Notes: generated by a model from the sequence alone, not told the origin. A DNA stretch of 64,000 nt from Selaginella moellendorffii (GCF_000143415.4 NW_003314297.1:1279430-1343429); one strand, 5' to 3'; shown: positions 10,747 to 23,300, counted from the stretch's first letter. A program made the numbers and translations.

Positions 10747-13314
10747 TTATGCTGGGCCGTCGGATGCGCTTCTCGCATCGCCCGCCACGTGTATCAAATC
10801 GTCACCGTCGCGGTCGGACGAATATGCCAGATTTGAAAGTATAACGTGGGCCGCCGCGTTGCCAGGATCTAGCTCGAGAACTTTCACCGCCGCCCTCTTC
10901 CCCGCCTCTTCGTTGCCACGGACCTTGCTAGCGCCCAGGAGCGTGATCCAAAGCACGGAACTCCCGGAGAAATCCGAGCTCGCGACGAGCATCTCGGCCT
11001 CCTGGAGCTGCCCGGCCCGGCCGAGGAGATCAATCACGCAGCCGTAGAGCTCCAGCGAGCGCCACTGGACCCCAAAGTCACTGGCGGTAGAGGCGAAGAT
11101 CTGGAGGCCGCGATGGAGGAGCCCGGCGTGGCTGCAAGCCGAGAGGACGCTCACGAGCGTGACTTCGTCCGGAGAGCCGCCGCCGTCGAGGAGCATGGCT
11201 TCGAAGAGGCCGAGAGCTCGAGCGGAGTGGCCGTGACGAGCGAACGCCGCCACCATCGTCGTCCAGAGAACCGTGTCCTTGTTCTTCCCAAGTTTGTGGA
11301 AGAACTCGCTGGCGTCGTCCAGGCTTCCACACCTCGCGAGCATGTCCACCATCGCCGCCTGGACGAATCCATCCTCTTCCACGAGTGATTCCGGGATGGA
11401 AGAGATCACAAGCTTACCGTCGGCAAGGCTCCGGCACGAGTTGAGCGCCAGGATGATCGTGGAAACACTCGGCTGGATCATCTGCTCCAGCTTCACCATC
11501 CGGTGGAAGAGCTCCAGCGCCGCTCGCGGCTTTCCCTGCGCGGCGTAAGCTCCCATCATCGCATTCCACGAGCTCTCGATCTTCCGCGGGAGTGCCTCGA
11601 AGATCTCCAAGGCTTGTGGCAGTCCTCCACACCTTCCATACGCAGTGATGAGCGTGTTCTTCACCTCGCTATCCTGCTCGAATCCACTCTCTCTCACGCA
11701 AGAGTGGACGAGCTTCGCTTCCCCGACGCTGCCACAAAGTCCGAGCACGGTGAGAAGCGTCACTCTGCTCGGTGCCATACCTTCTTGCTGCATTCTCTGG
11801 AAGAATCCCATGGCGGCCTCCGGGGAAGAGTGATCGTTGAGAGATGCAATCATGGTGTTCCAAGTTACGTTGTCTCGAGCTGGCAAGGCCTCGAAGATCT
11901 CCAACGCCGCCTCCAGCTTCCCGCAGCGTCCATAGAAAGTGATGAGCGCAGTGTCGAGCATCAAGTCGGACGCAAACCCGGAGCTGGCGATCTGCTGGTG
12001 GATCCGGCTGCCTTGCTCCAGATCTTTCAAGCTCGCACAGACATCGATGACGGTGTTGAGCGTGAGCCTGTCCGGTTTCACACCTTCGAGCATCATCTCG
12101 CGGTACAAAACCAGCGCTTGCTCCTGCCGGGAGCAGCGAGAGTACGCCGCGAGCAGGCAGTTCCACGACGAGACGTCGCGAGCTTCGATTTGCGAGAACA
12201 CTTCCTGCGCTTGCTGGGCGTCTCCCCACCTAGCGTACATGTTCACGAGGCTCGTTCCAACGCCGACGTCCGACTCGAGTCCCCTCTCTCGGATCAAACC
12301 GTGAAGAACTCCTCCAACTTGGCGAGCTTCCGGATGATCCTTGCAAGCTCGCAAGACGGCCATGAAAGTCATCTTGCTCGGCCTGTCACCCTCGAGATCC
12401 ATCCTCTTGAGCAGCTCGAATGCCCGATCGAGCTTGCCGAAGTGAGACAGAGAAGCGATCATCACTGTCCAGAGCTCCACGTCCCGAGATTCGATCTTCT
12501 CCATCACCTTCCAGGCCTCGTCCAAGCTCCCACACTTCCCATACATCTTGATCAACGAAGTAGCCAGCGATGGCGCTATGGACTCCTGGAATCCAGCCTC
12601 CTCCAAGAGCCTGTGGAGTTTCTTCCCTTGATCCAAAGAAGCCGGCCTCGAGCAAGCGTGAAGAAGCGCGATAAACGTACCCTCGCTTGGCCGGACGCCT
12701 TCCAGGAGAGATTTCTTGAAGAGGAGCAGTGCCTCGTTGATCCAGCCCCTCCTCACGTACGCGGAGATCATCACTGTCCAGCACTCTCCATTCCTCTCCA
12801 CCGCCATGGAATCGAAGAGCTTGCGAGCGCTTTCGACGCTTCCACACCTCACATACATCCCCAGCAGCGCCACTCCAACTCTCTTCCTCTTCGATTCCAC
12901 CAGGTTGAGGCAGCTCGCGACGCAGTGGATTCTCTCCCCGGCCTCGAGCATTCTGGGAGAGGAGAGGCGATTGAGAGCGGCCACGATCAAGCTCTCGCTC
13001 GGCACACTCTCTTCCTCCTCCAGGCACGTCTCCTCGATCATCCTCACGGCTTCCTCGCATCGACCTTGCTCCAAGTACTTTAGAATCAAGGAGTTCCATG
13101 GAACCCACCTCTCGACGCCATCCTTCTTGGAAGCCCCGATAGCATCCTTCGATCGCTCCTCCTGGACGAAATCGGGGATTTGTCCTTGACAGATTCCACT
13201 CGCCCTGGAAGGAAATCGTCCAAGAACATCGATATTTCCACTGCTGCCACGATTTTCTTCCTTGCCTCTGTGAACTCTACCGAAAAAATGCCTCCCACAG
13301 CTATGATCTATCAT
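10747..13314 (-). CDS. PLS-class PPR protein with E domain, no DYW
   Basis: ~855-aa intronless ORF with many MYGKCGS/WN-type repeats, ending YGCVIDLLGRAGQL...WITLLGAS...HVILSNL. Confidence 0.92.
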   Translation of the reverse strand: MIDHSCGRHFFGRVHRGKEENRGSSGNIDVLGRFPSRASGICQGQIPDFVQEERSKDAIGASKKDGVERWVPWNSLILKYLEQGRCEEAVRMIEETCLEEEESVPSESLIVAALNRLSSPRMLEAGERIHCVASCLNLVESKRKRVGVALLGMYVRCGSVESARKLFDSMAVERNGECWTVMISAYVRRGWINEALLLFKKSLLEGVRPSEGTFIALLHACSRPASLDQGKKLHRLLEEAGFQESIAPSLATSLIKMYGKCGSLDEAWKVMEKIESRDVELWTVMIASLSHFGKLDRAFELLKRMDLEGDRPSKMTFMAVLRACKDHPEARQVGGVLHGLIRERGLESDVGVGTSLVNMYARWGDAQQAQEVFSQIEARDVSSWNCLLAAYSRCSRQEQALVLYREMMLEGVKPDRLTLNTVIDVCASLKDLEQGSRIHQQIASSGFASDLMLDTALITFYGRCGKLEAALEIFEALPARDNVTWNTMIASLNDHSSPEAAMGFFQRMQQEGMAPSRVTLLTVLGLCGSVGEAKLVHSCVRESGFEQDSEVKNTLITAYGRCGGLPQALEIFEALPRKIESSWNAMMGAYAAQGKPRAALELFHRMVKLEQMIQPSVSTIILALNSCRSLADGKLVISSIPESLVEEDGFVQAAMVDMLARCGSLDDASEFFHKLGKNKDTVLWTTMVAAFARHGHSARALGLFEAMLLDGGGSPDEVTLVSVLSACSHAGLLHRGLQIFASTASDFGVQWRSLELYGCVIDLLGRAGQLQEAEMLVASSDFSGSSVLWITLLGASKVRGNEEAGKRAAVKVLELDPGNAAAHVILSNLAYSSDRDGDDLIHVAGDARSASDGPA

Positions 13315-13396
13315 CACTGGGCACCTTCCATTTTAGGGTTCTTCGCTCCAAGGAAAGGGTTTAAGGGGTTTAAGACAGAAATGTTTTAGGGTCTTC

Positions 13397-15045
13397 ATGC
13401 TCGCCCTGGGCAGCCGATTTCTTCGTCCCGGTCTTCGTTTACAGTGCGGATCTGGTCCTCAGCATCGGCATTGCATTGCGACTACGGTGAGTTTGAGATA
13501 CGGCTCGACCGCTTTCGATTGATCTCGTCTCTCTGACAGGCGAGCATGGTTTCCAAGCCATTTGTGTGGACTCCAAATTTTATTCCAGTGGAACACGACG
13601 ACATTTCAGAGTTTCCAGAGAGTAAGAAGAGAGAACGAAGAAAACGATCGCATTGTCACGAATTTTGATTTTGCAGCTGGAAGCTTTCGAGTGGTTTCAT
13701 ACAACATTCTTGCACAAGTAGTGATTTAAATCTTTTTTCTTAGCTTCGATCGATCGAAACGTTTTGTGTTCTTGTTCTTTTGCAGGTCTATGTGAAGAGT
13801 TCGCTGTTCCCTCATTCGCCATCCTTGTGTTTGAAGTAAGTTTCTCATCATTTTCTTGTCAAGTTTTTGCATCGCCGAGCATTTCTTTCGAAGGTGGAAG
13901 ACGCGCTCAGAGCAAGTTCTATCGCGTCTTTTGTCTCTGGACGCTGATCTCCTTTGTCTCCAGGTTTGCGTTCGTTTATTCTGTAAGCTCAAAGCCTCCC
14001 TCTTCGTTTTCTTTGCAGGAGCTAGACGAATTTGAGAGCTTCTACAAGCCTCTCCTTGAAAGCAAAGGCTACTCTAGCATCTACGTACAGAGAAGTGGCA
14101 AGAAACGCGATGGCTGCGGCATCATCTACAAGGCCAAATGGTTAGCCTCGGATTGATTTTGCGAGGTTTGTTTGATATTTCATTCTACTCAGGTGCCAGC
14201 TGCTAAAACAACAGTTTCTCGACTATAACGACATCGCGCCTGATGAAACCACAGCCGGAAGAGCGTCGGAATCCGTCGGTATATATCCACACACGCCGAT
14301 GTATTGTCTCTGATTTCTCAGTTCCAGAGGAAGAGAACAACAGAGATGTGAGCGATCCACGCGTGCGCTTTCGAAGGAACTGTGTTGGAATTTTTTCGGC
14401 CTTTCGCTTCAATCACGCGCCTAGTAACATTGTTGTGATTGCAAACACGCACCTATACTGGTAAGATAGTTCTGCCGAGTTCTTTATATCCTTTTTCTTT
14501 CCCAGGGATCCAGCGCTGCAAGACGTGAAACTCGCACAAGCCAAGTACCTGCTTGCAAAGCTCTTGCAGTTCGAGAAGGAGATATCTCAAGAATTCAACT
14601 CCAATCCTGTCGTTCTAGTCGCAGGGGATTTCAACTCCACTCCGGGTGATCGGGTAAAGTCTTTCATTCAAAGCTTGGAAAATGGAACAAATGCCGTCTT
14701 CTCTCTTCTCAGGTGTACAACTATATCACCTCCGGGCGTCGCAACTCCGGCCCCGACGTCGAGCTCTCTAGTTTCAAGGTGCCCGACTTGGAGAGCTTGA
14801 AAGTCCCAGCGATCCCACTCGACAGCCTGTACGCCGCTGCACAAGGCGAGCCAGCGTTCACGAACTGCACCCCGGATTTCACAGGAACTCTGGACTACAT
14901 CTTCTTCAGTCCCTCGGCGTCCATGAGACCAAAGACGATCTTAGAGGTGCCTCGGCCGGATGCTCCAGACGTCAAGGGAGGGCTCCCAAACCATTTCCAC
15001 CCCAGCGATCATCTTCCCATAGGAGCGGACTTCAGCCTCTCGTGA
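13397..15045 (+). CDS. CCR4/Angel/PDE12-family EEP phosphoesterase (CCR4 homolog 4-like), copy A, with putative transit-peptide exon
   Basis: FRVVSYNILAQ, LCLQE, RDGCGI, IANTHLYWDP, AGDFNS, GTLDYIF, PSDHLPI; exon 1 MLALGSRFLRPGLRLQC. Confidence 0.9.
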
Positions 15046-15073
15046 AGAAGCAGCTCGTCCAGCAAACCAAAGC

Positions 15074-16465
15074 TTATCTTCGCTCCTTGAAGAACGGGTG
15101 TCTTAGAGCTTCTTTCGCTGTCAGCCGATCGGAGGCTCCATATCTAAGGAGACCCTCGAGCAAGTCTGTCAAGGAACTGGCAGAGTGCTCGACATGCAGT
15201 TGTACAAGCTCCTATTGAGGGAAAAACACAGACATGAACGGGAAGGAGTTTTTATTTTTCAATGTGTACACTACCTTGAGCCGTGGTAACCTTTTCACTG
15301 TCCGGATACTCTCGAGAGAAGAGGCTGCATCGGGCCAGTTTAGTTCCCTCCCGTTTTTGAAGTACTTCTGAGCTTTTCTACTGTAGAAAGCACCGTGGGA
15401 TGAGCCACAAGGTTTATAGATCCAGTACAAATCCGACTTACTCTACGTTATCGATTATGCGTCTGGGAATGGGACCGAGAATTCTTTCCATCATTGCCAG
15501 GTGCTCGAGATTTTCGTGAGTCTGAAACAATGGATCTCCCTGGAAGCAGCCAAGAAATATGAGATTAATGGACTTTGCAGTTTTCTTACCGAGAAAAGCT
15601 CCACTAAGATGCAACCAACGCTCCACAAATCACACGCGTACGACCATCCAAGGCCTAGAAAATATGTATTGTCAAGATAACACTTAAGCAAAAGAAACAC
15701 CCAACGTACCCAGGATGATCTCGGGTGCTCTATATTGCCTTGTAGACACTATGGACGAGTGGTGCTGGTTTTCAAACGTCGCACTCCCAAAATCTATCAG
15801 CCTTATTTCAGCTGATGTCGGTGTCCTGGTTAAGTGTTTATCCAGTCGAGCAGACTGTAACGGAAAAAGTGTTAATATTACTAGAAACGATCTAACAAAA
15901 TGCACTACCTTGTAGTCGAGTGTCTTCACGTATGCCGAAGAGACCAGCAGTATGTTCTCCGGTTTTAAATCAGTATGAATCAAAGATAGCTCATGTAAGT
16001 CTATTAAAACAGGAAGCAAACAACAGTGCATCAATAACACGGGAGCTATAAACGAAAACATCAAACGCGGCATACATGCTACAGAATTCAAAAGCTGCCA
16101 GCCGACATGTTCTATCGAGAATGGCCGGTAGCTATTCTTTTTCAGGAAATCGTACAGGCTTGGTCCAAGCTTTTCCGACACCTAAGTTCGCCAGTAAGTT
16201 TAGATGATGGTAAGGAAAATAAAATAAAATCGAGAAACTTACGATGCAGACATGATTCCGGTAATCGAACCACTCTTTCATCTGAAGACAGCCACTGCAA
16301 ACAAAGGCTAAGAACTTTATGATGCTTAGTTGCAAGCTTTACCGTTTGCCATTCTTGTCATGCTTTTGAAGTGCTTTTAGAACGTCAATTTCAATCAGAG
16401 TGGCTTCTCTGTATTTTGGGACGTTTCTTATAACTTTAATGGCCACAAACTCCTGATACTTCCGG
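15074..16465 (-). pseudogene. 5'-truncated duplicate of the AFC/LAMMER kinase
   Basis: [19 protein letters not shown]; breaks off mid-exon at 16465, losing the N-terminus and Gly-loop; 9-bp deletion (RDI) relative to the intact copy. Confidence 0.85.
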
Positions 16466-16949
16466 CTTTGATTTACTACTAAATTGCTCTCTATGGACTT
16501 CGAAGTTCCTACCATGAGTATAATTCCTTCTTTAGTTTACTTCAAATTTGTGTCATTGAAACTTTTTCTTCTAGGTTTACTAGAAGACGTGGAAGAAAAG
16601 GAGGTGGATGGCCTTTCATCCAATTTTAGTGATTCGAACTGTGATTCAGGTGTGGATAATGATAATGATGCTCTCCTAAAGGTTTGTTTAGTTTCCAGTC
16701 TCTTAGATTCATGATTTGCGATATTTCTAGGCCTTCTATAATTTTTTGCGATTGAGGGGATTTAGTAGTCCAGCTGCATTTAGCACCTAGATACACCTAA
16801 AGATCCTCAAGACTAAGACTATTGTTTACCTTGCATGCTATCTTAGAATTTCCAAGCCAACACTGTACAAATACATGTGGCTTGTTGATCCAAATTGGAG
16901 AAGTGTATATTACAGAGTACCACCTGAAAAGGTACTTTATCACATTCAG

Positions 16950-17750
16950 ACTAACAATGCCATGAATCGAGGTGGCACAAATTGAGGGATTATCAATTCT
17001 TTATCTAGTTGTCAAACTAGAGGATATTAGTTTAGCTGACACCAAATTTGTCAAGCCTTAACCACTCACAATCTAACTAGGCTGGAATAGAGGCACATGA
17101 CAAGGATTTGACGATGGATTTATAAGAATGAGAAGGTTTATACACTTTGCTATATGGATTGTGAGTATTCTTTCATTTTTGCTTTTTTGTCAGCATATGT
17201 GGTAACATGTTTATTGTAGTATATTGCAAGCTTGTAAGCTATGGTTTCTATGTATATGCCATTATTTGTAGGGCAACTCATTATATTGTAGCTTGTGAGC
17301 TAGCTACCTCCAAAGAATCCCATGCAATATTCAACATATGTGCGTAGGCTGTTTGTCAATTTGGAAGGCTCAAGCGCATTCGGAGCAACAATGCTTTAGA
17401 GCACAATGAGGTTGAGAGGGACATGATTTGCTGTTTTCGTCCTGTAGCTAAGAGCTTCATACGTGGGACATCAACACGTAACTAGGTACTCACAATGTTA
17501 GAGTTTTTTCAAATAAAAACTAAATCAAATTTGTTTTACAGCACATAGTGCATTTGTGGAGAGAGTTCTTTGAGTGCATGGTATGGTTTTATAAGCACCT
17601 TTTTAGTCCATGGAAGACATAGAAATTCTCAATGTATCTAATCCATGGCACAACTAGAGTCTACATTGTGTCTTTGCTCCGCACCTCAAGAAGGATATTT
17701 CACACTGGGTTGCAACCTAGAACTTCTATGATGTCCGTCCGTATCAATGT
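16950..17750 (+). pseudogene. Degenerate DDE integrase-core transposase (IS3EU-type)
   Basis: Manual translation: HQICQAL...MTRI*RWIYKNEKVYTLCYMD|LYCKLVSYGFYVYAIICRATHYIVACEL...AVCQFGRLKRIRSNNALEHNEVERDM...KSFIRGTSTRN*|..LWREFFECMVWFYKHLF...LHCVFAPHL; parallels the RRxY..LWHxD..KL..G..RSD.G.EN..SFI.G.S..NQRIERLWR consensus. Confidence 0.75.
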
Positions 17751-18499
17751 GGTAATTATTTTAGACCATCTTATGTTCTTGCAAATTTATTTCAACTGAT
17801 GGAACGAGAGCTTGGGTAAAAATTTTCGTAATGTTACAGAATTCTTTATAAATTATGCTTTTGTAAGATTATATCGGCTGTTGGTGAAAAAGATATTGAA
17901 GACATACCGGGACCTTTTCTCTCCAATGTTGAAGGTGCAACTCTGTCAAAGGTAATCTTTAGAGCAAGAATAGAACAATTTCTTTTAATCTATTTCATTG
18001 TGCTTGGCTACCTTATAAGCTCTTGGCACTGTTTAAAACCAAGCATTTTTTATGCATCGGGAGGGACTCAATTTGGATGAGTAATATTTACTTTATTTGG
18101 ATCTAACAATGGAGTGTGCAATGGCTAATATTACGGGTGTAAATCTACCACTACATCGAGAGTGCTTTGCTTACAGCAACACCAGTGAAGCGACGAGCTT
18201 TGGAAAAATTATACTTGGCCATACTCGGAGAAAATTGAGTGTTCTTTAGTGTACATTTCAAATTTAAATTTAATTCTTGATTTCCTCAATTTTAGGGTTC
18301 CCACATTCGGGATTAGGGTTTACACCAAGTCCCAAATGTGCCTTGGATACAAGGCAATTTCATTTTATGACATGATTTTGTCGATGGTTTGTTCATTTTT
18401 CCAATCGATTCGCATCATCTAATCAGAGGCAAGGCTTCTAGTGCACACTCCCCTAATTGCAAGACCACCACCCAAGCAAGAGCGCCACAGCTACGATGG

Positions 18500-21400
18500 T
18501 GGGTAGCTTCTCCTCGATTAGGTTTGCATAACCAATCCCTTGTGGTTTCCATGCTCGAAGGAAGAACATTGCACGCCTCAACAGTAGTAGACACTATGCA
18601 GGAAACACTTCAGAAGCATGCACCCAAGCACTTGATGTTCTGCAATCAGTACAGCCAACAATCTCGTGAGACACACGCTAGCCACTTGATTTTCCAAACT
18701 CCGCAGCAGGGACATCAACTCCAACAACATCCCATCCACAGCTCCTGACTGCATTTGAGCAAGCAGAGTGCCACCTAACATTGCATACACTGCAACATAT
18801 ATGGAACCTCCAACATGTTTCGTTCTCTTCACCTTCCTTGGAAAGCAGCAGCCTAAGCATCTGAAATGAGCAAGTCCGAATGCCTCATGCCCATGGTGTT
18901 ATTCAATCTGGAATGCTACCACCAACACCAACTACAAGACGTGCTCACGGAAGCCCATATAGTGCCACTACTACCAGCCCCACAACTCCACTAGCCACTA
19001 CAATTCTCGCAACTCCATCTACCAATACAAGTGCTAGTATCTGGCCATCTACCTCCCGAAGCAACAAGCAGTCTAGTTCGGTAAGTTTTTCATTTATACC
19101 CGTCTTTTTTCCATGTGTTTTTCTGAGTAGGGTGAGTTGGCAATGCCACCACACCAGCGAGCTCATAGTTCCCCATCAGCATTCCACAACTACTCCCAAA
19201 GATCAACATCATCATCTAGTGGAGCTTCGATATCTAGATATATTCAAAGTAAACCCTCAGGGGGGGTTGCCATGTGAGACACAGGTATACATGACCTTAT
19301 GCACTCTTCAAATTTTTTTTCTTTAGATTTGTTTGACTCATTTTTGTTTCACTGTGCTAGACTCTCTCACCGCTTGTAGCTGCATTGCACACCTATACCG
19401 ATAACAATCGACAGTCTTTATTTTGTCATCGTGGATGTCATGGCAGTCGATCCAAAGTCATTGGTGGAATGTCTTCTATGACACCCTTGGTCGCTCAGCT
19501 GTTCACCACAGTCTTTGTCACCAAGTGGATTGCAATCCCGAAGACTTGGCATGTACACTTGTATAGGTAGAAAAAAGAGCCATCTATGAAGGTGACGAAA
19601 CTTGATGAGCTAGCAGTGGACCTCCAAGAGTGTCTTATATGAGATGGCTTATACTCCAGTATTCGTTTCCAACCCGGCACGGCCCAACATGTGATTCTAC
19701 TATTACTTCAAGCCTCAGGAATCCAACCTTAATCCATGAACAACCTAGGAGCATTTGTCTGGTGTGCAAGGCAATCCAATAGTGGTGAGGCCTATGCCGA
19801 GTCTGCAAAATTTGGCCTCAACTCTATCCGGCCTTGCTACTGGACTCCTCAAACATCATAGGGAGCTATAGCAAACAAGGCCAATGGCAACTGGGCAATA
19901 GTAATATACCTATACAATGTTATGGAACATCTTATTGACAAACATTGGCTAAGTTATCAAAAGCAAGCCTGAGCACTCGAGGAGAAGGATGTTCATGAAT
20001 GTAAGTCATTATTTTTTTTAAGTTCCCTCATAAATATATGTTATAGTCTTTGCAGTTGTGGCTGCTACAAATATCTTGACTGCAAATGATGATCCCTTGG
20101 TGATAGAGCCATTTCTCCCAAGGCTAACCACGTAGGAACCAAACCAAGATGAGATTAATGAAGAAGAAGACTCTACGGATGAAGAGGACATTCTTCCATT
20201 ATCAAAAGAAACTCTCCCCACATAAGACAATATGAACATCACTGAAGTAAAAGAACAAGGTGATGGTGGGGATGAACCACACTAAGGATCTCTAGAAACA
20301 TCCTTGTCACCAGAGATAGTGGCTCTATGCCATGTGGCTAGTAAGAAGCATTAACATAAATGAATATTTCCTTCATTTTCTAATTTTTGAGTGCAGATAG
20401 GCCAATGGTAGTGTATGACAGTGACGGTAGAGGCCTTGAAGACCATGGTGTGCCTCCACCCCCCTTTCTAGAGGGAAGTAGCTCCACTCCACTTACTCTT
20501 ATGGAGTTGCTTGACAACTTTTCCACAGTAGAGTAAGATAATTGAAAATTGTGCTATTCGAAATTGAACTAATGTTTACATGTAAATTATTGGAGTGTCA
20601 ACAACGATGGATTGATGCCACCAATGCATTTAATAAAGTTATTCAGTTAACCACTCAGAATAGTGCCAACTTCATCATGTTGCAGCATGAGGAGGTTTCT
20701 GCCTTACAGGATACCAGCATAGCCCTTGAGGTGAGGGCATAAAGGGATGTTAAAGTTCTTTCACAGGTGCAATGGTTGAAACACAAGCTTTTTGGTTGCT
20801 TTAGCATAGAGAGCACAAGTGACAAGGAGATGCTAGATGTTGTTACTAGACACTCTAAGTTCCATTGGGCTAGAGGTGAAATATTTTTTCGGCGCGTGCT
20901 TTTTAGCCAAGCCATGCCTCATTAGTAGAATTGAGAGAGTGTTCTCCTTAAGCTTGGCCTTTTAAAAGCATAGTATGAGGGTGTGTTTTGTGATAACACA
21001 ATCTCCTTACTAAAGGAAGCATCAATATGCCTCCTTCAATTGTTGAGTTCACAATAGCATGGTTTATTGAAAAGAGGTACGTGTATTTATTTTTTAGCAT
21101 TTAGTACCATCTTATTGTTTTGTGCAGGGACCTACGTAGGAATTGGGTGGATGCACAACAATTGAGAGAATTATTTGACACTGCTGAAACACTATATTGT
21201 AAGTTCTCCCATTTCTGCATCGAAAAGGCCATGCTTTGGCCATGCTTCGGCCATACAGACTTGCTCATACACATTTGAGGCCATTTCACATTTTAGTAAG
21301 CAATGGATTGCCTATGAATTGGAGTTCCCTCACTTGTCCTTCCGGATTGCACCAAACAATGAATTCAGTTGTTTCCACTTCGCCTTCAATACTAATCTCC

Positions 21401-22660
21401 ACACACCAAATTACAAAGTGGTCTATGCATCTGAGATTGGAGGAGCTTTGGTGTGGGAAGAAGCCATAATAGATGTAGATGAGCCACATGCAAAAGCCAT
21501 TAGGGAGGTTGTTCACCAGATTCCAGGATTGGTAAGTGTAATTTTTACTTAGCTCACTATAGTAACTTTGTGTTACAGATGCATGGACTGTTTGTGCTTA
21601 GGGAAGGAGCCATGTATTGGCATCCCAGGATGCCAGTGCATTCTAAGATGTTGCAACAAGAAAAGTGGGATATGGTAAATCACAAGTTTTATATGCCTCT
21701 CATTTCTATATGCATAGGCTGTCTTTGTGGGCTAGTTGCATTCAAATGTAATACACAGGTGTCTTGCGGGTGTACAATTGCAACATTGGCAATTGCAGTT
21801 GGAGAGGTTCCAAATGAAAATGACTGACAACTTGCCTGAGGAAGATTATATGAGATGGACCTCAAAGCATGCACGCCGCATATTTAGAATCCACTCAACC
21901 AATTGTGAGGTGCATCAAGCGTAAAGGAGGAGGGCAATCGGCACAAGTCTATAGATTCCATTCTAGAGAACTTTGCAATTACCAACTACAACACAATGCT
22001 TGAGTCTAGACTCACTAAACTTGGTGAAGGTTATGAGTAGGCTGTGGAGGCATGTATGGCTGCAGTGGTCTGGCGTTACCTATTCATCAAGCCAAACGTA
22101 ATGGGAGACTTACTTTGAGATGGCTTCCAACACTCAATGTGTATGGAAACTTGTTAGAGGCTTTACAAGAGTCCAGTATTGCTAGGTGGGCTTTCACTCA
22201 TTGGGACAGATGCTTTGTTACAGGTCTTCTGGGTAAGGACAATCATTCCTCCTACGGAGTTCATCAACTGTCTGATCTTTGATCAGGACTTTGGAGAGAA
22301 CTTCCGCAGCTAGATTGTGGATATCATCCAAGGTAACTATTTACTTTCACAAACAACTAAAACTTTTGTATATTTGAACATTTTATAGATATAAGCTCGA
22401 AAGAGTTATCCAAGTTCCTTGATAAGGAGATCCTATTTGGTACATCATCTACTCAATTTCCCAGATTCTCCACATGCACACGAGAAGTTTTCTTCCCTTT
22501 AACATACCCGTTAATGGAGTAGACCAAACACAAGATCCATCAGGCACTCCAAAATCTAGAGAGCTTGTATGGATTGGGCTGATGTTGTGGAAGTACTATA
22601 ATCGAGACACTTTCACAATAAAAATAGATAATTGTCTTGAAGTATGTTTCACACTTTGAA
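18500..22660 (+). pseudogene. Large spliced ORF relic of unknown function inside the transposon (copy 1)
   Basis: Thr/Ser-rich and acidic segments, Cys-rich exon, GT-AG introns, many stops; start coordinate approximate. Confidence 0.45.
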
Positions 22661-23290
22661 AGAGACTCTTTCTAGTTCATTGGTGAAATTAAAGGTAAGA
22701 ATATTCAAAATATTCTACAAATACCCATTATAGGCACTTGTGGCCCTTGGTACCCTTTTGGCTTATGCTTGTCTCACCAAAGGTAGCTTCCAAAGCAACT
22801 CCCAATTTAAGATCTGGGTCAAAACTATCAAGCTTGGGTGTTATATAATGCCTATCCTCACTTGAGGAACTCTCAACTTATTTCATGGTAAAACCAAAAT
22901 CATCCAGGTTTGTGAACTCGTCCTCTCTTGCATCTCGAGCAGTAATATATCCCTCGCTGTCGCTTTCTTTAACAGGACCTTTCCCCCCGGCGATTGGTAC
23001 AACATTAGATGGAGTCTGAGGCTGCCTTGTCAGAGGGATTCTCAAGCCTTGAGAAGAGTAGGCATTATATAGAATCCTTGGTCCTATCCCCTGTTGGATC
23101 CATTGTTGTGCCTCAAAGAAGTCATAGAATCCTCTCCAATTTGCCATGCCAAGAGGAAACCCAAAAACCTCAAACATTGCAAAAGGGTTAGAGTATATAG
23201 GAAACTATCACAAATTTACTTTTACCAAAGTGATCACAAGCTTCCAATCCCTGAAAACTCCAGTTCTTCAGCCGTAAAACACAGCATATA
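20060..23290 (+). repeat. Internal duplication in island 1, copy 1 (matches ~24810-28090)
   Basis: Colinear matches such as gctacaaatatcttgac, gattgggctgatgttgtggaag and gtgatcacaagctt, with mostly transition differences. Confidence 0.92.
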
Positions 23291-23300
23291 TGTAAGCTCC
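22878..23300 (-). pseudogene. RNase H1 N-terminal / caulimovirus viroplasmin (Cauli_VI)-like domain gene, copy 1
   Basis: YAVFYG*RTGVFRDWKLVITLVK|intron|VFGFPLGMANWRGFYDFFEAQQWIQQG matches YAVxxGRxxGIYxxW...V.GF....KxF....EA..F. Confidence 0.68.

Larger units (their letters stand above)
13378..16465 (+). repeat. Segmental duplication 1, left copy (matches 29361-32451)
   Basis: Near-identical sequence, introns included, from aaatgttttag to gatacttccgg. Confidence 0.95.

Noticed and set aside
11503-13083. 526-aa plus-strand ORF
   Set aside because: Antisense shadow of the GC-rich PPR coding sequence; no recognisable motifs
21570-21830. KDZ/CxC transposase domain suggested by the Cys-rich exon
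   Set aside because: Cys/His spacing does not convincingly match and no KDZ catalytic motifs were found
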